Shown here: in pieces, positions 1 through 11,900 of the stretch
Layout of the letters: each line of letters begins with the position of its first letter
Numbering within the stretch: position 1 is the first letter of the stretch
Source of the DNA: Squalus acanthias
Lineage: Eukaryota
Reading direction: 5' to 3'
NCBI GenBank assembly: GCA_030390025.1
Contig: JASTWF010000070.1
Coordinates: 930,001-994,000, forward strand
Length of the DNA stretch: 64,000 nt
Program-made: the position numbers and the translations under genes
Notes under the pieces: generated by a model
The model's input: the letters and a program-made list of their open reading frames with translations, nothing else
The model's database searches: none
Told to the model about the DNA's origin: nothing

Positions 1-239
1 ATTAAAATTATGGGGCAATACTGAGAGTGTCGGCTGTCAATTTGACTCAGCCACTAAACTAGTGCAATGTATTCCATCATGAGGTTTCACTTGTCCAATA
101 TTCGTCGCATTGGCTGGTTTGTCCTTTCACACCCCGGATTTGATGCTCCTTCATTGTAACTGGGTCAAGTTTCTCATCAGATAATCCCAGAATGTAATGA
201 TTTGACCCAACAGCATTTTCTAAGTGTTTATCTCTGTAG

Positions 240-3200
240 GGTGGTGCAGTCCGAGCCTTCTCGTTGCAATAACTATCTCGGTGATCCTGGTTCTAATATT
301 GATTTTCATTTCCATTTGGAATCATAAAAGCGGCAGATCAGGTGAGAATTGACCTTTAGCAGGAATATTTGAATAAATGTTTGTTTCTCGAAGCGTTAAA
401 TACTAATTATAGTTAATTGTTTCAGAAGAACGAGTCAAGGGACCCCACAAGGAAAGGTAAGTAACTGAACCATTTACAAAGTTCATCAGTAACAGTCTCA
501 CTGTATTTAACACTGTCAAAATCAGTTAACCCCAACTTCAATTTCAATATTTTCCACGTTCTCTTAAGATTGAATCAAAGTCCATTCCGCAATTCTGTTC
601 TCGATATTTATGGCATGTGACCAAGGATTTACAAGAAGTAATGCTTGTTTAACATTTTTGTTTGCATATAGTTTTAGTTTGAGAGAGAGAACGATAAGAG
701 CCGGAAGAAATGAACGACACTCAGGTGAGTTAGATTGAAATGTTGGTGGAGATAGAACATCATTTGTGGATTATTTCAAAGATCAATAAGTTAATTTCCC
801 GCCATCAAAATGTCCTGCCATCGTTCTCCTGTCTGACGAATCTACATAAATGCAAATTATTGGTTATTAATGCTAACAATTATGTATCAGATGGATAATA
901 GACGCCAGACACCGGGGGTGGATGATCCATGTCCATTCATTAGCGTATTGGGGTATCATTAGCATAGTGGGGGATAATTGGCATAATGGGGTATCATTGG
1001 GGTATTGTTGGACAATTAGTGGATTGGGGTAATTGGCGTATTGGGGGATTATTGGCTTATTGGGGTACCATTGGCGTATTGCTGGACCATCGTCGTATTG
1101 TATTGGGGTACCATTGGCATATTGGAGTTCCATTGGCGTATTAGGTGAGCATTGGCTTATTGGGGTACCATTGGCGTATTGCTGGATCATTGTTGTATTA
1201 GTGGACCATTGGCGCATGGTGCCTCTATAAATAAATATAGATTAGCCAGAATTTATGATATTTAAATTCATATTCTAAACTGTTAATACACAGGTGACAC
1301 CCGTCAAATGGATGCGAAGCGGACACATCAGGGTGCAATACATGTAAGTAAGTTCATTGAACCTGTTGCAATAATATACAGGAACTTGGTGATTTCTGGG
1401 ATGGGTGCAATGCGCCACATGCGGGATATTTCATGCGGTTGGCATTGAGCAGGTCATAGTCCAGATCATCTTAATCTGCAGCGAATCCCACTCGTTGCTC
1501 CAACTGGAAACAGAACATATCCTGCAGCCCTCTTCCCATCTGATAATAGAAAGGATAGGTTAATGTTCCGTGTATAATGCTTCACCAGACTTTACTGCGG
1601 ATTTCCAGCAGTTTAAGGTTCTATTTCAGATTTCCAGCTTTTTGCTATTTTCTATTCTTTTTATGTCTACATTGAGTCCATGTCCGCTTCCCCCACAAAC
1701 CCCCGCCCCCTCCCATCCGGCAGAGAAACTGTTTTTAATATATTAGCACAGATATTATTATGAAGATTCAGAAATAAGACGACAAACAGAATAGTTTCAC
1801 AGATAAGATAAAATATGTTTATATTGTAAGTCGTCGAAGAAGGAATCAGTTTGGAGTGAATATGTTTGTGTGTGTGTGAGTGTGTGTGTGAGTGTGAGAA
1901 TGTGTGTGTGTGCGTGTGAGTGGGTGAGTGTGAATATGTGTGTGTGTCAGTGTGAGTGTGACTGAGTGTTTGTGTGTGTGTGAGTGTTTGTGTGTGAGTG
2001 TGTGTGTGAGTGTGTGTGTTTGTGTGAGTGTGAAAGACNNNNNNNNNNNNNNNNNNNNNNNNNNNNNNNNNNNNNNNNNNNNNNNNNNNNNNNNNNNNNN
2101 NNNNNNNNNNNNNNNNNNNNNNNNNNNNNNNNNNNNNNNNNNNNNNNNNNNNNNNNNNNNNNNNNNNNNNNNNNNNNNNNNNNNNNNATTAGAATGTGTG
2201 TGTGTGCGTGTGAGAGTGTGTGTGTGTGTGAGAGTGTGTGTGTGAGTCTGTGAGCGAGTGTCTGAGAGAGTGAGTGTGTGTGTGTATGTAAGAGATTTTC
2301 TGTGTGTGTAAGTGTGTGTGATTGTCAGCCATGACTCAGTGGGTGGCACTCTCACCTCTGGGTCAGAAGGTCATGGGTTCAAGTCTCACTCCAGAGACTT
2401 GCACACAAAAATCTAGGCTGACGCTCCCAGTGCGGTACTGAGGAAGCGCCGTACTGTCGGAGGGGCAGTATGGAGGGAGCGCTGCACTGTCAGAGGGGCA
2501 GTAATGAGGAAGTGCTGCACTGTCGGTGGGGCAGTACTGAGGGAGAGCTGCACTGTCGGACGGGCAGGCCTGAGGGAGTGTTGCGCTGTCGGAGGGGCCA
2601 TACTAAGGGAGTGCTGCATCGTCGCAGGTGCCGTCTTTGAGATGAGATGTTAAATTGAGGCACCGTCTGCCCTCTCAGGTGGACGTAAAAGAACTCACGC
2701 CACTATCTCGAAGAAGAGCATAGGAGAGTTCTCCCTGGGGTCCCCGGCCAATATTTATCACTCAACCAACATTATTAAGAAACAGATTATCTGGACGTTA
2801 TCTCATTGCTATTTTTGGGAGCTTGCTGTGCGCAGACTGGTTGCCACCTTTCCTACATTACAACAGTAACTACAATTCAAAAGTAATTCTCTGCTCCAGA
2901 GGGCTGTGGATGCTCAGTCTTTGAGTATATTTAAGACTGAGATAGATAGATTTTTGGACTCATGGGGAATCAAGGGATATGGAGATCGGGCGGGAACGAG
3001 GAGTTGAGGTCGATGATCAGCCATGATCTTATTGAATGGTGGAGCAGGCTCGAGGGGCCGTATGGCATACTCCTGCTCCTAATTCTATGTTCTTCTGTTC
3101 TTATGATCTTTCAAAGAGCCAGCACAGGCACGATGGACCGAATGGCCTGCTTCTGTGCTGCATCGTTCTATGATTCCATGAAACGCGACTGCATGACGAG

Positions 3201-3349
3201 ATAGTTTGACCTGCCTTTAAGTATCTTGAAATGTCAACGTTTAATATATTTTCCTGTCTCAGGGCGGCCCTCGAGACCAGATACTTTACGCCTCTCTGGA
3301 ATTTGCTGCCTCGGAAAAGTCATCAAAGAAGAAGACGGGTCGCGGATGA
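240..3349 (+). CDS. Gene A paralog, 3' part (TM plus cytoplasmic exons with ITIM); 5' exons lie upstream of the window
   Basis: Exons 240-341 (GWCSPSLLVAITISVILVLILIFISIWNHKSGRS), 426-456, 672-724, 1294-1343 and 3263-3349 (GGPRDQILYASLEFAASEKSSKKKTGRG*). Lengths and phases are identical to gene A. Confidence 0.82.
940..1218. repeat. Minisatellite (~19-20-bp unit ATTGGCGTATTGGTGGACC) in gene A intron 6; paralog 45900-46270
   Basis: Tandem degenerate units; accounts for ORFs 873-1217 and 45965-46319. Confidence 0.85.
1862..2320. repeat. (TG)n/(TGAG)n microsatellite containing N run 2039-2187; paralog 46902-47290
   Basis: Direct observation. Confidence 0.9.
2327..2885 (+). mobile_element. tRNA-derived DeuSINE (SacSINE1-like)
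   Basis: A/B-box head (GACTCAGTGGGTGG..GGGTTCAAGTC) and Deu core; other copies at ~34127-34510, 36405-36870, 47302-47860, 59683-60520, and minus-strand ~15655-15900 and 58750-58990. Confidence 0.8.
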
Positions 3350-3568
3350 GAACCCGGAGGGTTTCTTTCCGATGGATGAGGGAGGAGACCGGAATTCCAA
3401 AAGAACCCACAGCCTGCGGGAAAAAAATGGAGCCACGGAGAATCCCGTCAAACATCGAAACTAAACTATCTGAAAAAAACAAAATATTGCAGATGCTGGA
3501 AATCTGAAATAAAAACAGAAAATGCTGGAGATACTCAGCAGGTCAGGCAGCATCTGTGAAGAGAGAAA

Positions 3569-3610
3569 CAGAGTTAACGTTTCAGGTCGATGACCTTTCG
3601 TCAGAACTGG
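3569..3610 (-). ncRNA. Minimal type I hammerhead-ribozyme-like motif
   Basis: The minus strand reads AGTT CTGACGA A AGGTC ATC GACCT GAAAC GTT AACT: CUGANGA/GAAA core, 5-bp stem II and palindromic minimal stem III. Confidence 0.55.
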
Positions 3611-3790
3611 CAAAAAAAAGCAGGAAATGGAACAGAATTTTTAACAAGGGTGGGGGCTGGGAAGTGGGGGAGGGAATGAAAGAACAAAAGTTTTGTTCCC
3701 CTCCCCCATTTCCCAGCCCCTACCTTTGCTTAAAAATCTGTTCCATTTCCTGCTTTTTCCAGTTCTGATGAAAGGTCATCGACCTGAAAC

Positions 3791-4519
3791 AATGGCACAG
3801 AAATTAAACACTGAGCGTTCCTGCGGGGGTAAGGCTTCCCCGCGATATCTCACTGTGCGTCTACCTTTTCCCTCCGGGCCCACACGAACTTTAGTTTCAC
3901 GGCTGCAGCTGTGCAGTGCTTGCGTGACCCACAGACGCAGTTAGTTCGTGCGAGCTCTGGGATCACGTGATTCAGTTAGAGCCAATGGCAGCACACCATC
4001 TTTCATTCATAGTTTTGACAGGAGAACTGTCAAAGCTATGAATACAACTTACCCCCAAAAGAACAGCTAAACCTCAATTAATTTGTTTTTAAAAACCATC
4101 ACGTTAATAAAATAACTATAGTTAAATAAATTAACCACTTTAAACAAAAATGTTCTTTTTGAAAAAATTTAAAATCTTTTTAAAAGTTATAAAAATATAC
4201 TTACCTTTCTTTAAAGTCTCTAAAAAAGGTAAACCTGTTGAATTTTTTTTTAAATAATACTTAATTAACTACTTACCTTGTTAAAAGAGGGTCTTACGCC
4301 TCCTTTCTTCATGTGTAAAATCTTCCATGCTTACCTGCGCGTTCAAAGCACTAAGTGCCTGTAGCGCGCACGCGGTTTACTTAGGAACCGCCCCCTTTTG
4401 AGTTCAGGAAGTGCCGGTTTCCCGCGCATGCGCAGTGCATGCTGGAAACCGGTATTGGAGACCTAAAACGCGAGAGCACACAGTGCGTACTCTCGCGTAT
4501 TAGGTCTAATTTTCGGGCC
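3791..4519. mobile_element. MITE / non-autonomous DNA transposon, copy 1
   Basis: Colinear with 32712-33447; imperfect TIRs; AT-rich core. Confidence 0.8.
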
Positions 4520-6744
4520 GTTAACTCTGTTTCTCTCTTCACAGATGCTGCCTGACCTGCTGAGTATCTCCAGTATTTTCTGTTTTTCTTATCTAAACTA
4601 TCTGCCTGCACTCGCCAGAGTTTGCAAGGACTCTTTCTGTTCAATGTAAATGAACGTGCTTTGAGTATTGTAAAGTTACTACACTGCATTAGTGCAATTC
4701 AAGTGTGAGACAAAATTAAGAGCAGGGACTTCTCGGTTTGGTCTTTCTCTGAACCTTTCCTGCTCATCCTGCAGCTCCAGTTAGTAACAAGATTTTTATT
4801 TGCAAATGCTTGTGTATAAATAAAATAAAGTATTCTTCGAATGTAACGATGCACGAGAGGTTCCTATCGATCAATACTTCACTTATAATTAAATGTGATC
4901 GGTATGAAACTTCAATTACTCTTGAGCTGACAATATCAGTCTTGAATTGAGATACTGTTAGTGGCGATATCCTCTGTCTGAGAAGCGAGATGTGTAATCA
5001 TTTACAGACTAAGATCACCACAGGAGAGAATCGCGGGCAGCAATGCAGGGAATTGTGTCTGGTTCCATTTTACCTTTGGGGTCGTGTGTTTTGTTGTGTG
5101 TAGTAATGTCAAAACTACATGTCAGAGACAGATGGTGAGTGTAGCGTGGCTTGGGAGGAATGGGTGACTTTGGACCTGTGGTTTCCTAAAGCACTCCACC
5201 ACTGGGGGTTTGCACACGAAAGGTCTGGGTTTGTTGTAGACTCATGGATAGGGATGGATTGCCATGACAACCCATTATCATTGTATCATGCGATTACCAG
5301 GATGGTAGAAGGTGAACTCGGTGGACTTTGGCCTTTTCTCGTCTAGCAATTCCTATGTTCAAGATCCCAGGTATGCACAGTATTGGGCGAGAATATTCAA
5401 CTAGAGACAGGATTGCATCATAGGTGGTTATATTGCTTTATCCATCAGAGTCAGATCAGTCTAAGTATTCCCCTTCTGATTAGTTTGGAATCAGCATTTA
5501 CAACCGAATGAGATTCAGGAGCAGCAAAAACTGTTCCTGGCAAAGTCCCTTTCAAATCCATCTCCCAGAAACTGTCTAATAAATCACATGAGGATTTGAA
5601 TAAATTCCTAACAACCGTGTTCTTGTTAATGTTGATTTACATTATATTATAGGGTTATATAAAGCAGATCTAAATTCACCAGGACGATACCGGGGCAAAA
5701 AGGGTTAAATTCTGAGGACAGGTTGCACAGACTCGGATTCTATTCTCTTGAATATAGAAGATTAAGAAGTGATCCAACTGAGGTGTTCAAGATGATTAAA
5801 GGAGTTCATAGGGTAGATAGAGAGAAACTATTTTCTCTGGTGGGCAGAGTCCAGAACAAGGGGGCATGACATTAAAATTAGAGCTGGGCCGTTCAGGGGT
5901 GATGTCAGGAAGCACTTCTTCGCACAAAGGGTGGTGGAAATCTGGAACTCTCTCATCTAAAAGGCTGGGGGTCAATTGAAATTTTCAACACTGAGATTGA
6001 TAGATTTTTGCGAGGCAAGGGTATTCAGCATTGCGCAACCAAACATGTAGATGGAGATAAGATACTGATTGCCATGATCTAATTGAATGGTGGAACAGGT
6101 TCGAGGGGCTGAATGGCCTCCTCCTGTTCCAATGTTCCTGTCGCTAGTAGGATAATTAGTTCGGCAAATTGAAGACTGATTTCTGGAGGTTCATCACACA
6201 AAGAGTGATCAGCTCATGGAATGGTCCTCTGGGTAGGGTGGTGTGAATGAAAACCCCTGGAGTCATTTAGGAAACAGTTTGGCTGCCCTGATGGGCGAGA
6301 AGGTCAGAACCTTTCTGGATTCCTGAGCTACGTTTGGCAGAAAGGCCTTTTTCACCTGCAATGACCTTTTGACAAGTGTCTCCAAATACTCTTTGCAATA
6401 TCTGTGCAGAATATTTTGACAGCAGAATATTGTTAATTTCGGCTAGTTTCTATCCCCTCGGTCCATGAATTACAAGAGCTTCTCGATGAGATCAGAGCCT
6501 AATAACCAGCTCAATTATCCATTAATCATCACACCAAAGGCCTCATACCCAGCTTTTAAATGTGTGTGAAATCGAAGGTGTACCCGAAAAATATCACAGC
6601 ATCTCGGATGAAACAGCCTTTGAATTTTACTCTTATATTTGACCGATTTTCTAATGTGAAGAGCGAATTGTGTTACCGCTGCGAATTATTAACGTCACCA
6701 GCAAACCGCTTTCAGTCACAGCCGAAGGGTTCTGCTTTACAAAG

Positions 6745-8050
6745 TTACAAAGTGTTCACAGCACAGAAATAGGCCATTCGGACCCACTGGTCCGTGCCGG
6801 GGTTTCTGCTCCACACCAGCCTCCTCCCACCCCCCTTCATCTCACCCCATCAGCATAGCCTTCTATTCCTTTCTCGCTCATGTGTTTATCTAGCTTCCCC
6901 TTAAATGCATCTATGCTATTCGCCTCAACCACTCCCTGTGGTAGCGAGTTCCACATTCTCACCATCTCTGGGTGAAGAAGTTTCTGCTGAATTCCTTATT
7001 GGATTTATTAGTGACTATCTTCTATTTAAGGCCCTTAGCTCTGCTGTCCTCACGAGTCAAAATATCTTCTCTTCGTATCAAACCCTTTCATAATCTTAAA
7101 GACCTCAATCAGGTCACGACTCTGTCTTCTCTTTTCTAGAGAAAAGAGCCCCAGCCTGTTCAATCTTACCTGATGGATATAACCTCTCAGTTCTGCATCA
7201 TTCTTGTAAATCTTTTTTTGCACCCTCTCCAGTGCCTCTGTATCCTTTTTGTAATATGGAGACCAGAACTGTGCACAGTGTTCCAAGTGTGGTCTAATCA
7301 AGGTTCAATACAAGTTCAACACAACTTCGCTGCTTTTCAATTCTATCCCTCGAGAAATTAACCCCAGTGCTTTGGTTTGCTGGTTTTAATGGCCATGTTA
7401 ACCTGAGTTACTACTTTTAGTGATTTGTGAAGCAGCACCCCAGATCCTCTACCCCATTTGAAAACGTAGTTTCAAAGAACTAATAGGTACTAATAGCGGG
7501 TAAAAGCAACCATAAATTTGCTGAAGAAATCACTTAACTGCACTATTATAAAAGAGCAGATGGATTTAAAATAATTTACTTTCAATGGTAAATGTGACAG
7601 GTTCACTCCCAGATCAGAAACAGAGAACGCTCGGGGTCCATTTACATAAGAACATAAGAAATAGGAGCGGGAGTAGACCAAGCGGCCCTCGAGCCTGCTC
7701 CGCCATTCAATAAGATCATGGTTGATCTTCTACCTTATCTGCACTTTCCTGAACTTTCCCCATATCCCTTGATTCACTAAATATTAAAAAATCTACCGAT
7801 CTCTGTCTTGAATATACTCAACGACTGAGCCTCCACAGCCCACTGGGGGAGATAATTCCAATGATTCAGCACCCGCTGAGTGAAGAAATTTCTCCTCATC
7901 TGAGTCCTAAATGGCCGACCCCTTATTCTGAGACTGTGACCCTTAGTTCTAGACTCCCCAGCCAGGGGAAACAGCCTCTCAGCATCTACCCTGTCAAGCC
8001 TTGTAAGAATTTTTTATGTTCAATGAGATCACCTTTCATTCTTCTAACGT
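6745..8050 (-). mobile_element. Two CR1 3' fragments between the gene A and gene B tails (paralogs ~52000-53300)
   Basis: ORF 7050-7301 (IRPHLEHCAQFWSP) and a typical CR1 3' UTR at 7645-8050. Confidence 0.8.
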
Positions 8051-8250
8051 CCAGTTTTAATATCAATGCAGCCTAAATCCGGAGGCAGTGCCTGAGCTGC
8101 CCAGTCGGTCCTGAGCCCCACTTTTGAGCCGCACACATTTGCTCTATAACTGTGCATTGTAAATCGGCGTTAGAGATACACTGAGCGCATCTGGACTGAA
8201 CAATCAAAGGGTCGGTATCACAAACACAATGCTGGATTTTGAAAACCTGT

Positions 8251-8256
8251 TTTATT
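8251..8256 (-). terminator. Candidate polyA signal of gene B (paralog 53504-53509)
   Basis: AATAAA on the minus strand ~720 nt after the stop, conserved in both copies. Confidence 0.45.
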
Positions 8257-8973
8257 GCGTTTGTAACTCGGACACTGATGCATTGTAAAGATTATTTGAA
8301 TTATATCGCGCTTACATACAAAGACGCGAAATGAATCTAAAAACGCCAATACAGGATAGGAGAAACATGCCGGGATTGAACCGAAACTGCAGGCGATGTG
8401 TCATCTTAAGAATAGCAGACGATGCGTAAGAGAGAATTTAAATATGTTTAGAATTTCCGCTTTGGGCCGAAATTTCCTGTTTGTAAAATGCGCTTGAAAT
8501 TGCGCCGGTGCTGTTCGGCATTAAGACTCTCCAGTAGGCTATACGCCGGCTCTGCATTGGTCAGTCTGTCTTCCGAGTGAGTGTTAATTATTGATAAATG
8601 TGCATCAAGTCGGTAAGAGAACGTGAGATCGCCGCAGTGAGACGTCAACGAAGATAGCAATTGAATTCTTTCGCTGCACGCCACTGCTTCCAATTGTTGG
8701 ATGTCTGCGGTGCTTTGGACTTGAACCCGGCGTATCAAAGTCTCTGGGAAGGGTTCACACCTCAGGGCTCTACTGCGCCGGTTGGTCTTCTGAATGAGAT
8801 TGCCAATTTCCTGTCAATGGATCCCAAAAGCACGCGGAAGCGGCACACAATTGAGGAACAGGAGGCTTGAATTGTTACTGAGCAGCGTTTCTCACTGATC
8901 CCACAATGAGAGCAAAGCAGAGGGAACTTTCCACAACACGTCATATCCGGCAGCCGCTCGCTTTCCTTTCCCG

Positions 8974-11900
8974 TCAGAGGGTCGGAACCTCATTAAACGC
9001 CAGGTGGGCGTAAAGAGTCTATGAGAGAAAACAGAAACCATTATCATGGCCCACATCATCATCATAGGAACAGAGGGACAGGAGGAGGCTGTTCAGCCCC
9101 TCGAGCCTGTTCTGCCATTCAATCAGATCATGGTTGATCTGTATCTTAACTGCATCTACCCGCCTTGGTTGCCTAACCCTTAATCGCCTTACTCAACAAG
9201 AATCTATCAAAAATCTCTCAGTTTTGCAATTTCCATTTGACCCCCAGCCTCAGCAACTTTATGGGGGAGAGAGTTCCAGATTTCCACTGCCCTTTGTGTG
9301 AAGAAGTGCTTCCCGACATCACCTGTGAACGGCCTGGCTCTAATTTGAAGGTAATGCCCCTTGTTCTGGACTCCCCCCCCGCCACCACCCCCACCAGAGG
9401 AAATTGTTTCTCTCTATCTACCCTATCGAATCCTTTAATCATCTTAAACATCTCAATTAGATCACCCCTTAATCTTCCATACACAAGGGAATACAAGCCC
9501 GAGTCTGTGCAACCTGTCCTCAAAACTTAGCCCTTTTAGTCCCGGGTATCATTCTGGTGAATCATCATTCTGCAATTTCAAATCTCCAGATCTATATTTT
9601 TTTAATCTACGTTCGCAGTTTTACATAAGAGGAAAACAGTGCTATCCTGTAGTGTTCACTATGCAAAGTTTTATAGACTCGTTGACGATGAATCTTAAAC
9701 ATTGTGTTAAAATAAGTGCAAGGTATCAACATTTAACGATTGCATGGATGAACTACAGAATTTGTTCATCCCTGTCTGGCATAAAAATAAAACAAAAAAG
9801 GTGGCGCAAACGTGGCTAACAAAGGAAATTAGCGATAGCATAAGATCCAAGGGGAGGACTTATTAACTGGCCAGAAAAAGCAGCAAACCTGAGGATTGGG
9901 AGTAGTTTAGGATTCAGCAAAGGAGGACAAAAGGATTAATTAAGAGGGGGAAAATAGAGTATGAGAGTAAGCTTGCAGGGAACATAAAAACTGTCTGTAA
10001 AAGCTTCTATAGATATGTGAAGAGAAAAAGATTGGTGAAGTCATGCATAGGTCCCTTGCAGTCAGAAACAGGGGAATTTATAATGGGGAACAAAGAAATG
10101 GCTGACCAAGTAAATACATAATTTGGTTCTGTCTTCACAAAGAAGGACACAAATAACCTCCCAGAGATGTCGGGGAACATAGGATCTAATGAGAGGGAGG
10201 AACTGAATGAAATCAGTATTTGTAGGGAAATGGTGTTAGGGAAATTGACGGGATTACAGGACGATAAATCCCCAGGGCCTGATAATCTACATCCTAGGGT
10301 ACTTAAGGAAGTGGCCCAAGAAATAGTAGATGCATTGCTGGTCATCTTCAAAAATTCTATAGACTCTGGCACAGTTCCCATGAATTGGAGGGTAGCTAAT
10401 ATAACCCCACTATTTAAAAAAGATGGTAGAGAGAAAACGGGGAATTATAGACCGGTAAGCCTGACATCGGTAGTGGGAAAATGCTAGAGTCCATTATAAA
10501 AGATACAATAGCAGAGCACTTGGAAAACAGTGACAGTATCGGACAAAGTCAACATGGATTTACAAAAGGTAAATCGTGCTTGACTAATCTACTGGAATTT
10601 CTTGAGGATGTAACTGGCAGAATAGATAAGGGAGAACCAGTGGATGTGGTGCCTTTGGACTTTCAGAAGGCTTTCGATAAGGTCCCGCATAAGAGATTAG
10701 CGTATAAAATTAAAGCACATGGGATTGGGGGTAAGGTACTGACTTGGATAGAGAACTGGTGGCAGATAGGAAGCAAAGAGTTGGAATAAACGGGGCGTTT
10801 TCCGAGTGGCAGGTAGTGACTAGTGGGGTACCGAAGGGATCTGTGCTAGGACCACAGATATTCACAATATATATTAATGATCTAGACAAGGGAACTAGAT
10901 GTAATATCTCCAAGTTTGTAGACGACACAAAGCTGGGTGGGCGTGTGTGCTGTGAGGAGGATGCAGAGAAACTCCAGTATGATTTGGACAGGTTGGGTGA
11001 TTGGGCAGATGCATGGCAGATGCAGTATAATGTGGATAAATGCGAGGTTATCCACTTTGGTGACAAAAACAGGAAGGCAGATTATTATCTGAACGGCAAC
11101 AGATTGGGAGAAGGGGAAGTGCAACGAGACCTGGGTGTCCTTGTGCAGCAGTCGCTGAAGGTAAGCATGCATGTGCAGCAGGTAGTTAAGAAGGCAAATG
11201 GTATGTTGGCCCTCATCACGAGACGATTCGAGTACAGGAGCAAGGATTTCTTGCTGCAGTTGTACAGGGCCTTGGTGAGACCAGACCTTGAGTATTGTGT
11301 GCAGTTTTGGTCGCCTTATCTGAGGAAGGATGTTTTTGCCATGGAGGGAGTGCAGCGAAGATTCACCAGACTGATACCTGGGATGGCAGGAATGACGTAT
11401 GAAGAGAGATTGGGTCGATTGGGCTTCTATTCGCTGGAGTTTAGAAGAATAAGAGGGGATCTCATTGAAACCTATAAGGTTCTAACAGGACTAGACAGTC
11501 TCGATGCAGGAAGGATGTTCCCGATGGTGGGGGAGTCCAGAACCAGGGGTGACAGTCTAAAGATAAGGGGTAAGCCATTTAGGACAGAGATGAGGAGGAA
11601 TTTCTTCACCCAGAGAGTGGTGAACCTGTGGAATTCACTAGCACAAAAGGCTGTTGAGGCCAATTCATTAAATATATTCAAGAAGGAGTTAGATATATTT
11701 CTTAAGGCTAAAGGGATCAAGGGATATGGGGAGAAAGCAGGGACAAGGTACTGAATTTGGATGATCAGCCATGATCTCATTAAATGTCGCAGCAGGCTCG
11801 AGGGGCCGAATGGCCTACTCCTGCTCCTATCTTCTATGTTTCTATGTTTCTATGTTAAGCAAAAACAATTCTTTTCATATCTACCTCCTTGTCTTGTGCA

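Larger units (their letters stand above)
3473..4592. mobile_element. Fold-back (palindromic) non-autonomous element, probably Penelope-derived, with a nested MITE
   Basis: Arm 3512-3685 pairs with 3690-3790 plus 4520-4587; flanked by the direct repeat CTAAACTATCTG (3461-3472, 4593-4604); empty site at ~49187-49198; a degenerate relative lies at ~23700-23875. Confidence 0.85.

Noticed and set aside
850-857. ATGCAAAT octamer in gene A intron 6
   Set aside because: Not conserved in the paralog (AGGCAAAT)
940-1218. Regularly spaced repeats as a CRISPR-like array or coding repeat
   Set aside because: Degenerate tandem minisatellite in an intron with no unique spacers; eukaryotic context
2327-2400. 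tRNA-like sequences
   Set aside because: They are SINE heads continuous with the SINE body, not tRNA genes
3226-3507. Overlapping ORFs 3226-3507 and 3231-3464 (and 48956-49257) conserved between the copies
   Set aside because: The conservation reflects the duplication; the splice-compatible frame is the third one, which encodes the ITIM
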